From contig JAJRZD010000058.1 in assembly GCA_024275415.1 (NCBI GenBank), positions 1 to 32,000 of the forward strand: a stretch of 32,000 nt of DNA. Direction: 5' to 3'. This document shows positions 17,785 to 27,089 of this stretch, in pieces. Below the pieces are notes generated by a model, which ran no database searches, was not told the DNA's origin, and was given only the letters and a program-made list of their open reading frames with translations. Position numbers and translations under genes: made by a program. Position 1 is the first letter of the stretch, and the number at the start of each line of letters is the position of its first letter. This DNA comes from an archaeon (GTDB taxonomy: Archaea; Asgardarchaeota; Thorarchaeia; Thorarchaeales; Thorarchaeaceae).

Positions 17785-18759
17785 ATGGTATCGCGGGGGT
17801 ATGAATTGAGAGCGTTTTCGTCTTCGGGCTTCAAACCATTGGAAATTGTAAGTGATGGCGACCTTGATGGAATTTTTGCGGTAGGCATTCTGTTAAGGTA
17901 TTTTGATAGCGTTGGTATTTCGATACCATCTCGATTTCCCGCACCTAGAGAGCTACACAATCTCACTGTGGAAGATTCGATTCTTGTCGAGCTCGGTCCA
18001 ACAAAGGGACTACGGTTCAGAGGACATAATATGTTGATTGACCATCATGAGGGTTTCTCTGGGATTTACATGTTCAATGGCCCCGATATGGAAAGTCCAA
18101 TAGCAGAATTCGATGGTATAATGTCGGTGGTAGAAATCGTAGTGGCATATCTGAACAACGAAATCTTGATCGACTCTAGTATGCAAGAGTTAATCGACAT
18201 TGTGGGTGAGATTGACAATGGTGTATACAATCATCCAAAGGCTCGTGCTCTGCACCATGCATACATGCTAAACGTGACATCGAAAGAGATGAGGCAGAAA
18301 CTCCCAGAATGGGTACGAACTAATCAAGTGGACGTAATCTGGAAGTGGGTTGAGGTCGAATCGAAACGATGGGAACAAGTCCAGACGGTATCAGCAGCAT
18401 TGATTGATTCTGTATCAGAGGTGTCCTCAGATATCGGATTCATTTTAGTCGATTTAGATGATAATATCCAACAGATGGCTGCACGCGAGGCTATGCTTCA
18501 ACTAGAGGAACAATATAGAATCGTAATAACACTACTAGGAACCCATAACAAAGAATGGATGATCTCCCGAGGCGGCATCGGTTCAAAGAGTCATTCCGTT
18601 GACTTCACATCATTATATGACCTTCTCAGAGAGAAAGGACTGACCGCGGGTGGACGACCAACAATTGGAGGGTTTCAGTTTCTAGAGCCATATCCACTGG
18701 CCAATGTTCTCGTTCTGCTACGTAATGTTCTTGCGAGGGTTAGTGATGACAGAAAATAA
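17785..18759 (+). CDS. DHH/DHHA1-family phosphoesterase
   Basis: SDGDLDG (DxDG), LVELG, LIDHH, GEID and C-terminal AGGRPTIGG (variant of GGH..A.G). Confidence 0.85.
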   Translation: MVSRGYELRAFSSSGFKPLEIVSDGDLDGIFAVGILLRYFDSVGISIPSRFPAPRELHNLTVEDSILVELGPTKGLRFRGHNMLIDHHEGFSGIYMFNGPDMESPIAEFDGIMSVVEIVVAYLNNEILIDSSMQELIDIVGEIDNGVYNHPKARALHHAYMLNVTSKEMRQKLPEWVRTNQVDVIWKWVEVESKRWEQVQTVSAALIDSVSEVSSDIGFILVDLDDNIQQMAAREAMLQLEEQYRIVITLLGTHNKEWMISRGGIGSKSHSVDFTSLYDLLREKGLTAGGRPTIGGFQFLEPYPLANVLVLLRNVLARVSDDRK

Positions 18760-19873
18760 CAAATTAAAAGTGCATAGAGAAAAATCGTTCAAATTAGCGA
18801 ATCTTGATATTGCAGCATCGATGTACGAGTATATAGAAATCGACGAAGTGGAGTTAGAATGGGTAGACAAGTTTCTTACTATGAGGGCTTATGAGGACAA
18901 GCCGTCCAAGAAAACAAAAGCAGATTTTGATAAACACTGGATCGTAGGGAAACTTCTAATTAAGATGCCTTACTCGTTGACTTGTAGAAGTTCTGATGAT
19001 GTGCAGATGAAAAAAAATGAAGATAGTAACTCATTAGATTTAGAAATACGTTTGAGAGATGTGATTCCGGAGGTTAATCTACTTCTAAACCAAATAATTG
19101 CGATTGTCTATGATGGTTCTCGTGACAAAATTCTACGCGAGATTCAAAGCAGTGTGAATATAGCTATTGAAGAGATGCTGTCAACAATGAAAACAGGGCA
19201 AATAAGTCCCTTTCTGTGCTCACTAAGTCTGTTCAAGTCAAAAATAGATTGGCTAAGAAGGACGGATGCAAAGGATTTCAAACCTCAGCACTCGGTATCA
19301 AATGATTGCAAGCAGCTTCGTGTTAGTTTAAGTTCACAAGATTCCGTTAGTCAATTGCTGGGATATTTCGATAACACAGCTAAATACAATTTGTATGTCT
19401 TTACTGTTGGAACGTTTGATCCTATTCTGTTAGAAAGATACAGTAAATTCCTGGATGGGTTAATTTCTGATGGAACAAAGTACATGTTGTTTGTTGGCAC
19501 TGAGTATTCAGGGAAGGAACTGGATAAGATATCTAACAACATTAGAAACCAAGAAATTAAAATAAAAAAAATCACAATCTATTCTTCAAAGGATAAAGCA
19601 TCACCTAACGGAACTGACCGGATATCTAAGGAAATTGAGGGAATGGACAGAATTGATAAAGCGGCAGTCATAATCTCTGCATTTCCAAAGAAACTCATAA
19701 AACCTTTACTTCAGGACTGCAAGCAATTGCTCAAATGTGGGGTAGGATCGGTGGATATCGTATCCACCGCTACAATACCGCTCCCAGCTCCAATTGAAGA
19801 TGATGATGGTTCTCCAACTAGAAAGCCTCGCATAATAGGATTCATTATGGGGCAAATCGAGGATTTCGTATAA
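18746..19873 (+). CDS. Uncharacterised protein with a putative divergent C-terminal CARF-like domain
   Basis: The ATG at 18746 overlaps the DHH stop region; the C-terminal 160 aa show a beta-alpha pattern YVFTVGTFDP..YMLFVGTE..AVIISAFPKKL..VDIV. Confidence 0.6.
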   Translation: MTENNKLKVHREKSFKLANLDIAASMYEYIEIDEVELEWVDKFLTMRAYEDKPSKKTKADFDKHWIVGKLLIKMPYSLTCRSSDDVQMKKNEDSNSLDLEIRLRDVIPEVNLLLNQIIAIVYDGSRDKILREIQSSVNIAIEEMLSTMKTGQISPFLCSLSLFKSKIDWLRRTDAKDFKPQHSVSNDCKQLRVSLSSQDSVSQLLGYFDNTAKYNLYVFTVGTFDPILLERYSKFLDGLISDGTKYMLFVGTEYSGKELDKISNNIRNQEIKIKKITIYSSKDKASPNGTDRISKEIEGMDRIDKAAVIISAFPKKLIKPLLQDCKQLLKCGVGSVDIVSTATIPLPAPIEDDDGSPTRKPRIIGFIMGQIEDFV

Positions 19874-19893
19874 GATGAATAGGAGGATAACAA

Positions 19894-21090
19894 ATGGAGA
19901 TAGGATATTTTGTAAAACTTGATGACAATTCCAGAAAGTATTTCTACAAATACCTCGATGCTCTAAGCTTTTTCTCTCTCTCTGTCGACGAGTCCGCTTT
20001 GAGGAATGTTAGTCTTATCGGAATCACATCTTCTCTAGACAATTGTAGATGTCACAGAAATCTTACTTTCTATTTATCTAAAGGCCACACCAGCAAACAA
20101 ATGAAATCTCTAAGGTTACTTTTAGAAGGGCTGAAATATGCTTCTGCCAATCCATTGATTCCATTTGACGCCGATTGCACATTGGTAACTTCAGATAACG
20201 CCGTAAATCCCCAACTAGAACGGTTCCATAATGTGTACTCGGCCCATATGAAGGCACCAAAAGCTAACTGTTGTAATGTGCTCTCCATTCTACCATGGTT
20301 ACTACATCATGATCGCACAGGGCATTGGCTTAGGAAAAAAATCGCTCAGGATTTACTCAAACTCCACCAATTGAGTCTTGCGAATTATTTTGGAGCACCA
20401 TGCACTAGTATGACTGATGTCATGTCAGGGATAGAGTCGGTCATGTTCGGAGCATACGAGCGCAAGCTACGACCACCATCATCACAGGGGCATACAACAG
20501 GATTCGACAAATTCATTGAGAAGCACAAAATCCAAGATATAAGAGAGTTTATCGAGAAGCTTGAAGAAATCGATTTGGGAAAATGCAAAAATCTCTTTGA
20601 AAAAATATGCAATATTGATGAGTCCATTCTAACAACAACTTTTGGAAGACTTGCAAGACAAGGCCAGGATGAGATGCTGAACTATTCGGATTATAAAAGT
20701 CACGGTCTTGATGAAATAGAAAGAACAGATAATGATTGCATCCTTTTTATGACTGAACAGACAGGCCTTTTTGATGTCTTACTTGCGATGAAGAAATATG
20801 GGAAGCTATACATAATGTACTCGCCTCTAGTCATAGTGCATAGATTTCTTACTGAAGCGATTCGTTCAACAATTTCAGGGTCTAGCTCGATGGGGTGTGA
20901 AGTGAGTCATCATTTCTATCCTGCATATACACCACAAGTGGTTGAAGCCTTGATAAAAAACATTCGAAAATGCAAAAACAATCAGCTTGATATTATCGTC
21001 GGAGGATCTGAGGGTGTATACCTTGTATTAATGAAAATGAAGAATCAACAACCTGAAAGAATCAAGTTGATGACATCGATTAAAGAGTAA
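19894..21090 (+). CDS. Uncharacterised protein with a putative divergent C-terminal CARF-like domain
   Basis: AGGAGG ribosome-binding site at 19881; C-terminus ILFMTEQ..KLYIMYS..YTPQVVEALIKNI..LDIIVGGSEGVYLVL. Confidence 0.6.
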   Translation: MEIGYFVKLDDNSRKYFYKYLDALSFFSLSVDESALRNVSLIGITSSLDNCRCHRNLTFYLSKGHTSKQMKSLRLLLEGLKYASANPLIPFDADCTLVTSDNAVNPQLERFHNVYSAHMKAPKANCCNVLSILPWLLHHDRTGHWLRKKIAQDLLKLHQLSLANYFGAPCTSMTDVMSGIESVMFGAYERKLRPPSSQGHTTGFDKFIEKHKIQDIREFIEKLEEIDLGKCKNLFEKICNIDESILTTTFGRLARQGQDEMLNYSDYKSHGLDEIERTDNDCILFMTEQTGLFDVLLAMKKYGKLYIMYSPLVIVHRFLTEAIRSTISGSSSMGCEVSHHFYPAYTPQVVEALIKNIRKCKNNQLDIIVGGSEGVYLVLMKMKNQQPERIKLMTSIKE

Positions 21091-21101
21091 TGCCCAGCAT
21101 T

Positions 21102-21233
21102 GGAGCTGTGTGAAAAGACAGCTGGAGGTTTCTGTTTGAAATTAGCATGAATGATTGCGTGTCAGAGTTCCAACACCTCGATCCTTATCACCATTGATTT
21201 TATGACGGCCGATGGGACTTTTCACACAGAACC
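21102..21233. mobile_element. 132-bp MITE, copy 2, with a perfect 9-bp target-site duplication
   Basis: CCCAGCATT at 21093-21101 and 21234-21242; 18-bp imperfect TIRs. Confidence 0.9.
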
Positions 21234-21828
21234 CCCAGCATTCATGTAATTTTACAAAGGACGTACCCGACGAACTGGATATACTTCAGAATCAATCATG
21301 GAAATCCACTTCTGGAAATTTTTCTGTCCCTTGATTGGACTAGTCCTTTGAATATGCACAATGCAGGCCAGATACCTGATAAAGAGTCGTTGGTTCCAAG
21401 ACCGGTCAGACTGCGGCTCTGGAATAATCCGAATGATATGGAAGAAAGTTGCAAGTTTTGAACATGGTCTTGTCACTTTTCGGACAACCAAAATGAGAAC
21501 GGCGAGTCATTCTCATCAAACATTATGGACTGGAGGGACTTTTTCCATTGAGCCTCAGACTGGAAAATCAATAAAAAAAAGAATGTGGTCGCTCAGGTCG
21601 TTTCCAACATCACACTCCAGCCCTATATGATGAATTCTGTTTTGGATTACTGGAGGTATTCAGAAAATTTCTCTGCTGTGGTAGTTCTCACGGCACTGTA
21701 GAATGATGCGCTAGTTCATAGAAGCAATATCAACGATTAATGGATTCGTTTCTAATGCTGAAGGTTTGGTTCTCACTCAATGCCTAAGACTGTGATTTAG
21801 TCTACAGGGTCAGTTCTCACGGCAGAAA

Positions 21829-21834
21829 TATATA
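21829..21834 (+). promoter_or_regulatory. TATA box of the cas operon
   Basis: TATATA with purine-rich GCAGAAA upstream, about 27-33 nt before the GTG at 21862. Confidence 0.55.
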
Positions 21835-21861
21835 GGACAGTGTACAACGGTCAATTCATTA

Positions 21862-23301
21862 GTGGGGGTGTGGATTATCCCATTTCTGGTTGCAATAAAA
21901 GCATTAAAGATTCAAGATTTGATTCATAGTTCTTCAAGACTGAAAGAAGTCGCAGGTGGAAGCCACCTTTTGGGCATGTATTGTGAAGTGGTTTCAGAAA
22001 GAATCGCAAAACACATCACCCAAGGGGATAGAAACAAGTATGATTTCAAGCGTAACAAGGGGGGTGTCGTAATTGCCACCTTTGACGATGAAGAGCATGC
22101 CAACGAGTTTATTCGTTTTATGAGAGAATGTTATCGGAGGTTATTTGGTCGTCGAGTCATAAGTTCAACTGCGCCGATCGAAATCAACAGCGACACATCT
22201 AGAGATCTAGAGGAATTGGAAAATGATATCATTCGTTCACGATATGCAGGATTTCCGCCTAGCTCGCACATTCAAAATCCTTATGTCAAAATCTGCTGGT
22301 CGTGTGGTGAAAGACCCGCGGAAATAGAAGATCCTGACTCTTTATCCTCCAACATGACATCAACACATCGTCACGTTTGTGCCCCATGTGGATTGCGATT
22401 TCGGATTTTTAAGGATTACAAGGAGATTATGGAACGCAAACTAAGCGGGCCGTTCAACAAAATTCCTTCTGGAGTTGATGATATTGCAAAACATGGCCCG
22501 AATGGCTATGTTGCATACATGCTGAGTGACGGGAATAGCTTTGGATCCTTTGTACGTGAAATAAAGGATATGAATAGTTACACGGCATTCAACAATGCCC
22601 TTCCGAAAACAGTTTCAGATAGTCTATTCTCGGTTCTTGACGAATTTGATTCAACCAATACTGACATCACTGCTCCCATGCTTCCCCTTATGACAGGGGG
22701 CGATGATTTGCTAATTCTTCTTCCCGCAAAATGGGGGATAAGCATGGCATTTGACTTTGTTAGTAGATTCGAAGAAAAAGCCAAGAAACTTATAGACTGC
22801 TCTAACAGTAAACAAATGCTTACTATGTCAGCAGGCGTCGTCATATGCAAGCAAACCCTCTCACATAAAATCGTTTATACAGTCGGAGAGAGTGTCATAA
22901 AAAGGGCAAAGCAGACCTCGAAGGAGCACGGAGTCTGTTCTTCCGTGGCATTTCAAATTCTCGCGGGTTCTAAACGAGGTTCCGAAACATCTTACAATAG
23001 ATTGATGCCTGGAGGTGTCTGTGGTGGTTTCAAAAAAACAGAACTAGAGAACGTCCTTGCATATCGCAAGCGGTTAGAGAAATTGCCTTCTGGATTGAGA
23101 AGAAGATTGAAACATCACCTCTTTTCGGATTCCGCACATGCGGAAACTGAGAGAGAGAGGATATTAGAACTTATTTCTGAACGAGATGATTCTATGGCTG
23201 AAGAGGTCAAAAAACTGCTGAAGGACGAAAAGCAAATCCTTTTTGCAATGCTTGAAGGGTGGGATTACTTGGAGAGTCATAAGGGGGCGATCATAAAATG
23301 A
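21862..23301 (+). CDS. cas10: Cas10, type III-D, lacking the HD domain; intact Palm2 GGDD
   Basis: KIQDLI..RLKEVAGGSHLL (Palm1), CWSC...CAPC zinc finger, SDGNSFG, MTGGDDL, MSAGVVI; 479 aa. Confidence 0.93.
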   Translation: MGVWIIPFLVAIKALKIQDLIHSSSRLKEVAGGSHLLGMYCEVVSERIAKHITQGDRNKYDFKRNKGGVVIATFDDEEHANEFIRFMRECYRRLFGRRVISSTAPIEINSDTSRDLEELENDIIRSRYAGFPPSSHIQNPYVKICWSCGERPAEIEDPDSLSSNMTSTHRHVCAPCGLRFRIFKDYKEIMERKLSGPFNKIPSGVDDIAKHGPNGYVAYMLSDGNSFGSFVREIKDMNSYTAFNNALPKTVSDSLFSVLDEFDSTNTDITAPMLPLMTGGDDLLILLPAKWGISMAFDFVSRFEEKAKKLIDCSNSKQMLTMSAGVVICKQTLSHKIVYTVGESVIKRAKQTSKEHGVCSSVAFQILAGSKRGSETSYNRLMPGGVCGGFKKTELENVLAYRKRLEKLPSGLRRRLKHHLFSDSAHAETERERILELISERDDSMAEEVKKLLKDEKQILFAMLEGWDYLESHKGAIIK

Positions 23302-25415
23302 AATTGCATTTCACTCTCAGGTTCTTATCGGACTTTCATCTTGGTTCTGGGAAAGGGTCGTCAGAGGTAGATGGATTGCTTGTGCGTGAATCTGATGATG
23401 CAGATGCACAGTTAACAATCAAAGGAACAACTATTGTGGGTGTGTTGCGGCAGTCACTCTATGATTTGATACAATTGAATCCTTTTAGCAACGAAAGAAA
23501 ATGCAAGCGTTCAGGGAAAAGTAACGGGAGTGAATTTTGTACAGGATCTAAAGAAGAACAGTGTCCTATATGTCGTATTCTTGGGACACCAAAACAAGTA
23601 AAGCCATGGTTCTTTTCTTCTGGACGACTGTCAGACGATGTGTCAACACAGACAATCACTCGTTCGTCAATAGATAGAGAAACCAGGACAAGTAAAGAAG
23701 GAAAATTATTCACATATGAGGTGGGTTCGAAAGAAACAAGTTTCCAGTTCGTTGTGGAACATGATGTTTCTTCATCAGATGTTTTGTGGGATGCTGCATA
23801 TATTGTTGCAGGCTTTCGATTCATAAGGTCATTGGGATCTAGTAGGAGAAGAGGAAAAGGTAGATGCATCATCAACCTAACTAAGGTACAACCCGACATA
23901 GAGGGAGAGAATCCTCAATCATTCTTCTTGGAATTGTTTAATCAAGTATATACTGGTGGCAATAATGTTGAAAAGCCTGAAGAGCTTGATAAAGCAAAAA
24001 TAGCAGCCAATGCAGCTGAGTATATAGTAGAAGTTCGGACAGAAGAACCAGTCCTCATAACTCAGAATAGAGGTTCTGGCAATCTGTATTCAGGACTTGA
24101 CTTCATTCCAGGATCTACTCTCAGAGGAGCATTGGCATGGAAGGCGATTCGTGGAGGCATTCTTGCCTCTGAAGAAGGAGAAGAGATTTTCAAAACCATG
24201 TTCACCGAAGGGAAACTTCGAGTCGGAAATTGTTATCCAGCAGGACATGATGACAAAGCAGCAATACCCACCCCGATGAATCTTCGATTCTGCGAGTTCT
24301 ATCCAAACCAACACGATATTTCAAGAAACATGAAACACCCAATGAAATGTGAATCGTGCAGAAAAGAGAATCGAGAGGCAAAAATGGACAAGAGCAAACA
24401 CTTTCTCGATTCAAACATGATGCTCGTCAGGAATAACTCAACCCACGACATGCATATCGAAATTGATCCTGAGGAAGGTACTGTAAGAGAAGGTGTATTA
24501 TATGGATATGAAGGTATCTCGATGAAATCTAGATTTCTCGGAGCCATCAATGTAGAACCCGAGATTCTCTCCAAATTCTTAGGATATTTCTATGATGATG
24601 TTAAACAAGAATCAGAGAAGATAGCAATACAATTGCAGATTGGAAAGGCAACTAGGAGAGGCTATGGAAAATCAATTGTTACTCTAACACCGAAATCGAA
24701 TGTGTTGTATGTGTATACATGGGACTCGATTGAGAATAGAGTAAATACGATTAACAAAACATTCACGCTGACATTCATATCTGACGCGATACTGATAGAC
24801 AAATATGGCCGCTATCTTAATCAAATCAATAAAGATTATTTGTATGGGCTTTTGGGATATGAAACCGAAATTGTTGGGCAAGTTATTAGAACCAAGTACG
24901 TCGAGCAATTTGATATGCGAAGCGGACTCCCCCGGTGGCGCAACAGTGCAATCATTGCAGGTTCCGTAGTAGAATTCAGGCTTAAAAATACAACTGATGT
25001 CGACGTGAAGGGGCTTCAAGATAAACTTAAGGAAATCGAGTCCAACGGAGTAGGCATAAAAACAGTGGAAGGATTTGGAGTCGTCTGCTTTAATCATCCT
25101 GCTCAAATCCTAGTCTGTTTACAAAATCGTCAAGCAACACAGGATGCGGAAAGACAAAAAGAAAAGGAACTTGAAACTGTTAGGGATGTTAGAGAACCTG
25201 ATAAGAAAAGCAAGGAAAAACTTGTAGCCATTGCTAGATTATTATACACAGGGGAGGGAGAAGTGGACAAGCTGGAGAAGATACAGAAATCGCTTAAACA
25301 GGATGATGAATTAAGAATTCACCTCAGAAGAATCATCAATGAAATCAAGAAATACAAGCAGGAGGGCAAAAAGATTAGCGATATCGCGGAACGAATCTAT
25401 GAGGGAGGGATCTAG
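23298..25415 (+). CDS. csx10: Cas7-Cas5 (Csx10) fusion with a C-terminal helical, putative Cas11 region
   Basis: FHLGSG..VDG, IKGTTIVGVLR, LGSSRRRGKG (Cas7); FIPGSTLRGAL, GKATRRGYG, GIKTVEGFG (Cas5/Csx10); charged helical last 100 aa or so. Confidence 0.85.
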   Translation: MKLHFTLRFLSDFHLGSGKGSSEVDGLLVRESDDADAQLTIKGTTIVGVLRQSLYDLIQLNPFSNERKCKRSGKSNGSEFCTGSKEEQCPICRILGTPKQVKPWFFSSGRLSDDVSTQTITRSSIDRETRTSKEGKLFTYEVGSKETSFQFVVEHDVSSSDVLWDAAYIVAGFRFIRSLGSSRRRGKGRCIINLTKVQPDIEGENPQSFFLELFNQVYTGGNNVEKPEELDKAKIAANAAEYIVEVRTEEPVLITQNRGSGNLYSGLDFIPGSTLRGALAWKAIRGGILASEEGEEIFKTMFTEGKLRVGNCYPAGHDDKAAIPTPMNLRFCEFYPNQHDISRNMKHPMKCESCRKENREAKMDKSKHFLDSNMMLVRNNSTHDMHIEIDPEEGTVREGVLYGYEGISMKSRFLGAINVEPEILSKFLGYFYDDVKQESEKIAIQLQIGKATRRGYGKSIVTLTPKSNVLYVYTWDSIENRVNTINKTFTLTFISDAILIDKYGRYLNQINKDYLYGLLGYETEIVGQVIRTKYVEQFDMRSGLPRWRNSAIIAGSVVEFRLKNTTDVDVKGLQDKLKEIESNGVGIKTVEGFGVVCFNHPAQILVCLQNRQATQDAERQKEKELETVRDVREPDKKSKEKLVAIARLLYTGEGEVDKLEKIQKSLKQDDELRIHLRRIINEIKKYKQEGKKISDIAERIYEGGI

Positions 25416-25418
25416 ACC

Positions 25419-27089
25419 ATGATAGGATTGGTAATTCGAGGGAAACTGAAACTTTTGACAAATCTGCACATCGGTTCCGGCATTTCGAATGACTACACCG
25501 ATTTACCTGTTATTCGCGATTCCGAAGGTATGGTCTTCATCCCAGGTACGTCGATTGCTGGAGCATTGCGAAGTGGTCTAGAAAAACTGCAGGAAATGAT
25601 AGATATTGACCACATTGAAGAACCACTTTGCGACTGTCCGGCTTGCACCCTCTTTGGGTCATTTCCATCTACCGAGTATGAAAGGGATTTGTCGCCAACT
25701 CTGACCGCATCAAAGATTTGGGTGTATGACTCGTACGTTTCCTCAGCTGCAAGTAAGGACAGATCGATTTCATCTATTCGCGATCATGTCGGTATAAGCA
25801 GAGTTAATTCAACGGCAGCCTATCACGCCAAGTATAATGAGGAGTCCGTGGTTGCAGGAACTGAGTTTGATTTCTGTATCGCGATAGAATCTGATGCGGA
25901 ACACCTTCACATGCTTGCGGCAGTCCTGAATGAATGGAAGTCAGGACGGGGCGCTCTAGGAGGTGGCCGGTCAAAAGGCTTTGGGAGAGTCAAGCTTGAT
26001 AACATCAAGGTTTTCAAAATCAATCTTTCATCCATTGATAAAGTTATAGCCTATTTACAATGCGATGATATACTGACAGCGGTGAGTTCTTTGTTTCTCT
26101 CTGAGGAGCCTAATTGGCTGCAGGATGAACTAGATAGAAGTAAGGATTGCTTTGCCACAGACAAATCAAGGAGAGTGTATACCGAAATCGACCTAAAATT
26201 GACTGTCGATGGAGGAGTGGTTGTGAGTGACATCGTTTCAGAGGTTATTGAAGATACGGATATCGCACCTATCAAACAATGTGACAAGTATATTATTCCC
26301 GGATCTTCATTGCGAGGCGCTTTCCGAGCCCAAGCTGAACGGGTTGCTAGAACAGTTGTGACGATGGATACAACAGACCGTGGTGATTACTTGAAGAAGT
26401 GTCCCGCATGCCATCCCTTCAATCTTCCCAGTTCGAAAAAGGGCAGTTGTGAATCGGGTTACAGGGTCAAGATAGAGGAAGGACAAATAGTTGACATAAA
26501 AAGTGAGGTATGTCTTGCTTGCCGCTTCTTTGGGATGACTCATCTTGGTAGTAGGATATCCATCTCAGATGGGATTGTAGAAAAACATCTGGAGCCAGAC
26601 CGATTCAATTTTGTAGCAATCGACCGATTTACCGGTGGAAGCCTAGATAAAGCGCTGTTTAATGCAAAAGTTCTAATGTATCCAAAATTCAAAACGAAAA
26701 TAATCATAGAAAATCCAGCAGATTGGGAGTTGGGATGGCTCTATCTTGTCATTCGTGACATTCAAGATGGGTTTGTGTCCATTGGTTGGGGAAAGAGCAA
26801 ATGGTTTGGTCGACTAGGTTTAGAGAGTATTAACGTAAGAGAACTTTGGACAATTGAAAAGTCAGTACAAGAGAAAACGGATGTAGAAGGTGTATTTGTT
26901 ATAAAGAACAGGTTTTCTTCATTCGATAATCTGTGGAAAGAAGCAGCTAAATCGTATTGCAGTGAATTTCTAAAAACATTGAGTGCTCATGAATGGGGAC
27001 TGCAAAATGGTGAGGACTCGTACTTCAAGGAAGTAAATGATACATTATCACTTTCGGATATCTATCCTAGGGAGGGATTACAAAAATGA
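25419..27089 (+). CDS. cas7: Cas7-Cas7 tandem RAMP (Csm3-like x2)
   Basis: Two RAMP repeats: LHIGSG..TD..IPGTSIAGALR..LGGGRSKGFG and IPGSSLRGAFR..IDRFTGG..IGWGKSKWFG. Confidence 0.9.
   Translation: MIGLVIRGKLKLLTNLHIGSGISNDYTDLPVIRDSEGMVFIPGTSIAGALRSGLEKLQEMIDIDHIEEPLCDCPACTLFGSFPSTEYERDLSPTLTASKIWVYDSYVSSAASKDRSISSIRDHVGISRVNSTAAYHAKYNEESVVAGTEFDFCIAIESDAEHLHMLAAVLNEWKSGRGALGGGRSKGFGRVKLDNIKVFKINLSSIDKVIAYLQCDDILTAVSSLFLSEEPNWLQDELDRSKDCFATDKSRRVYTEIDLKLTVDGGVVVSDIVSEVIEDTDIAPIKQCDKYIIPGSSLRGAFRAQAERVARTVVTMDTTDRGDYLKKCPACHPFNLPSSKKGSCESGYRVKIEEGQIVDIKSEVCLACRFFGMTHLGSRISISDGIVEKHLEPDRFNFVAIDRFTGGSLDKALFNAKVLMYPKFKTKIIIENPADWELGWLYLVIRDIQDGFVSIGWGKSKWFGRLGLESINVRELWTIEKSVQEKTDVEGVFVIKNRFSSFDNLWKEAAKSYCSEFLKTLSAHEWGLQNGEDSYFKEVNDTLSLSDIYPREGLQK

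Noticed and set aside
18746-21090. Calling the two unknown proteins Csx1/Csm6 or phosphoribosyltransferases
   Set aside because: No HEPN RxxxxH at the expected C-terminal position, and no PRTase VDD..TG motif.
21243-21861. Possible CRISPR array or lost Cas10 HD domain upstream of cas10
   Set aside because: Only one 13-mer pair, 129 bp apart, with no repeat-spacer periodicity; the short ORFs show no HD motif.
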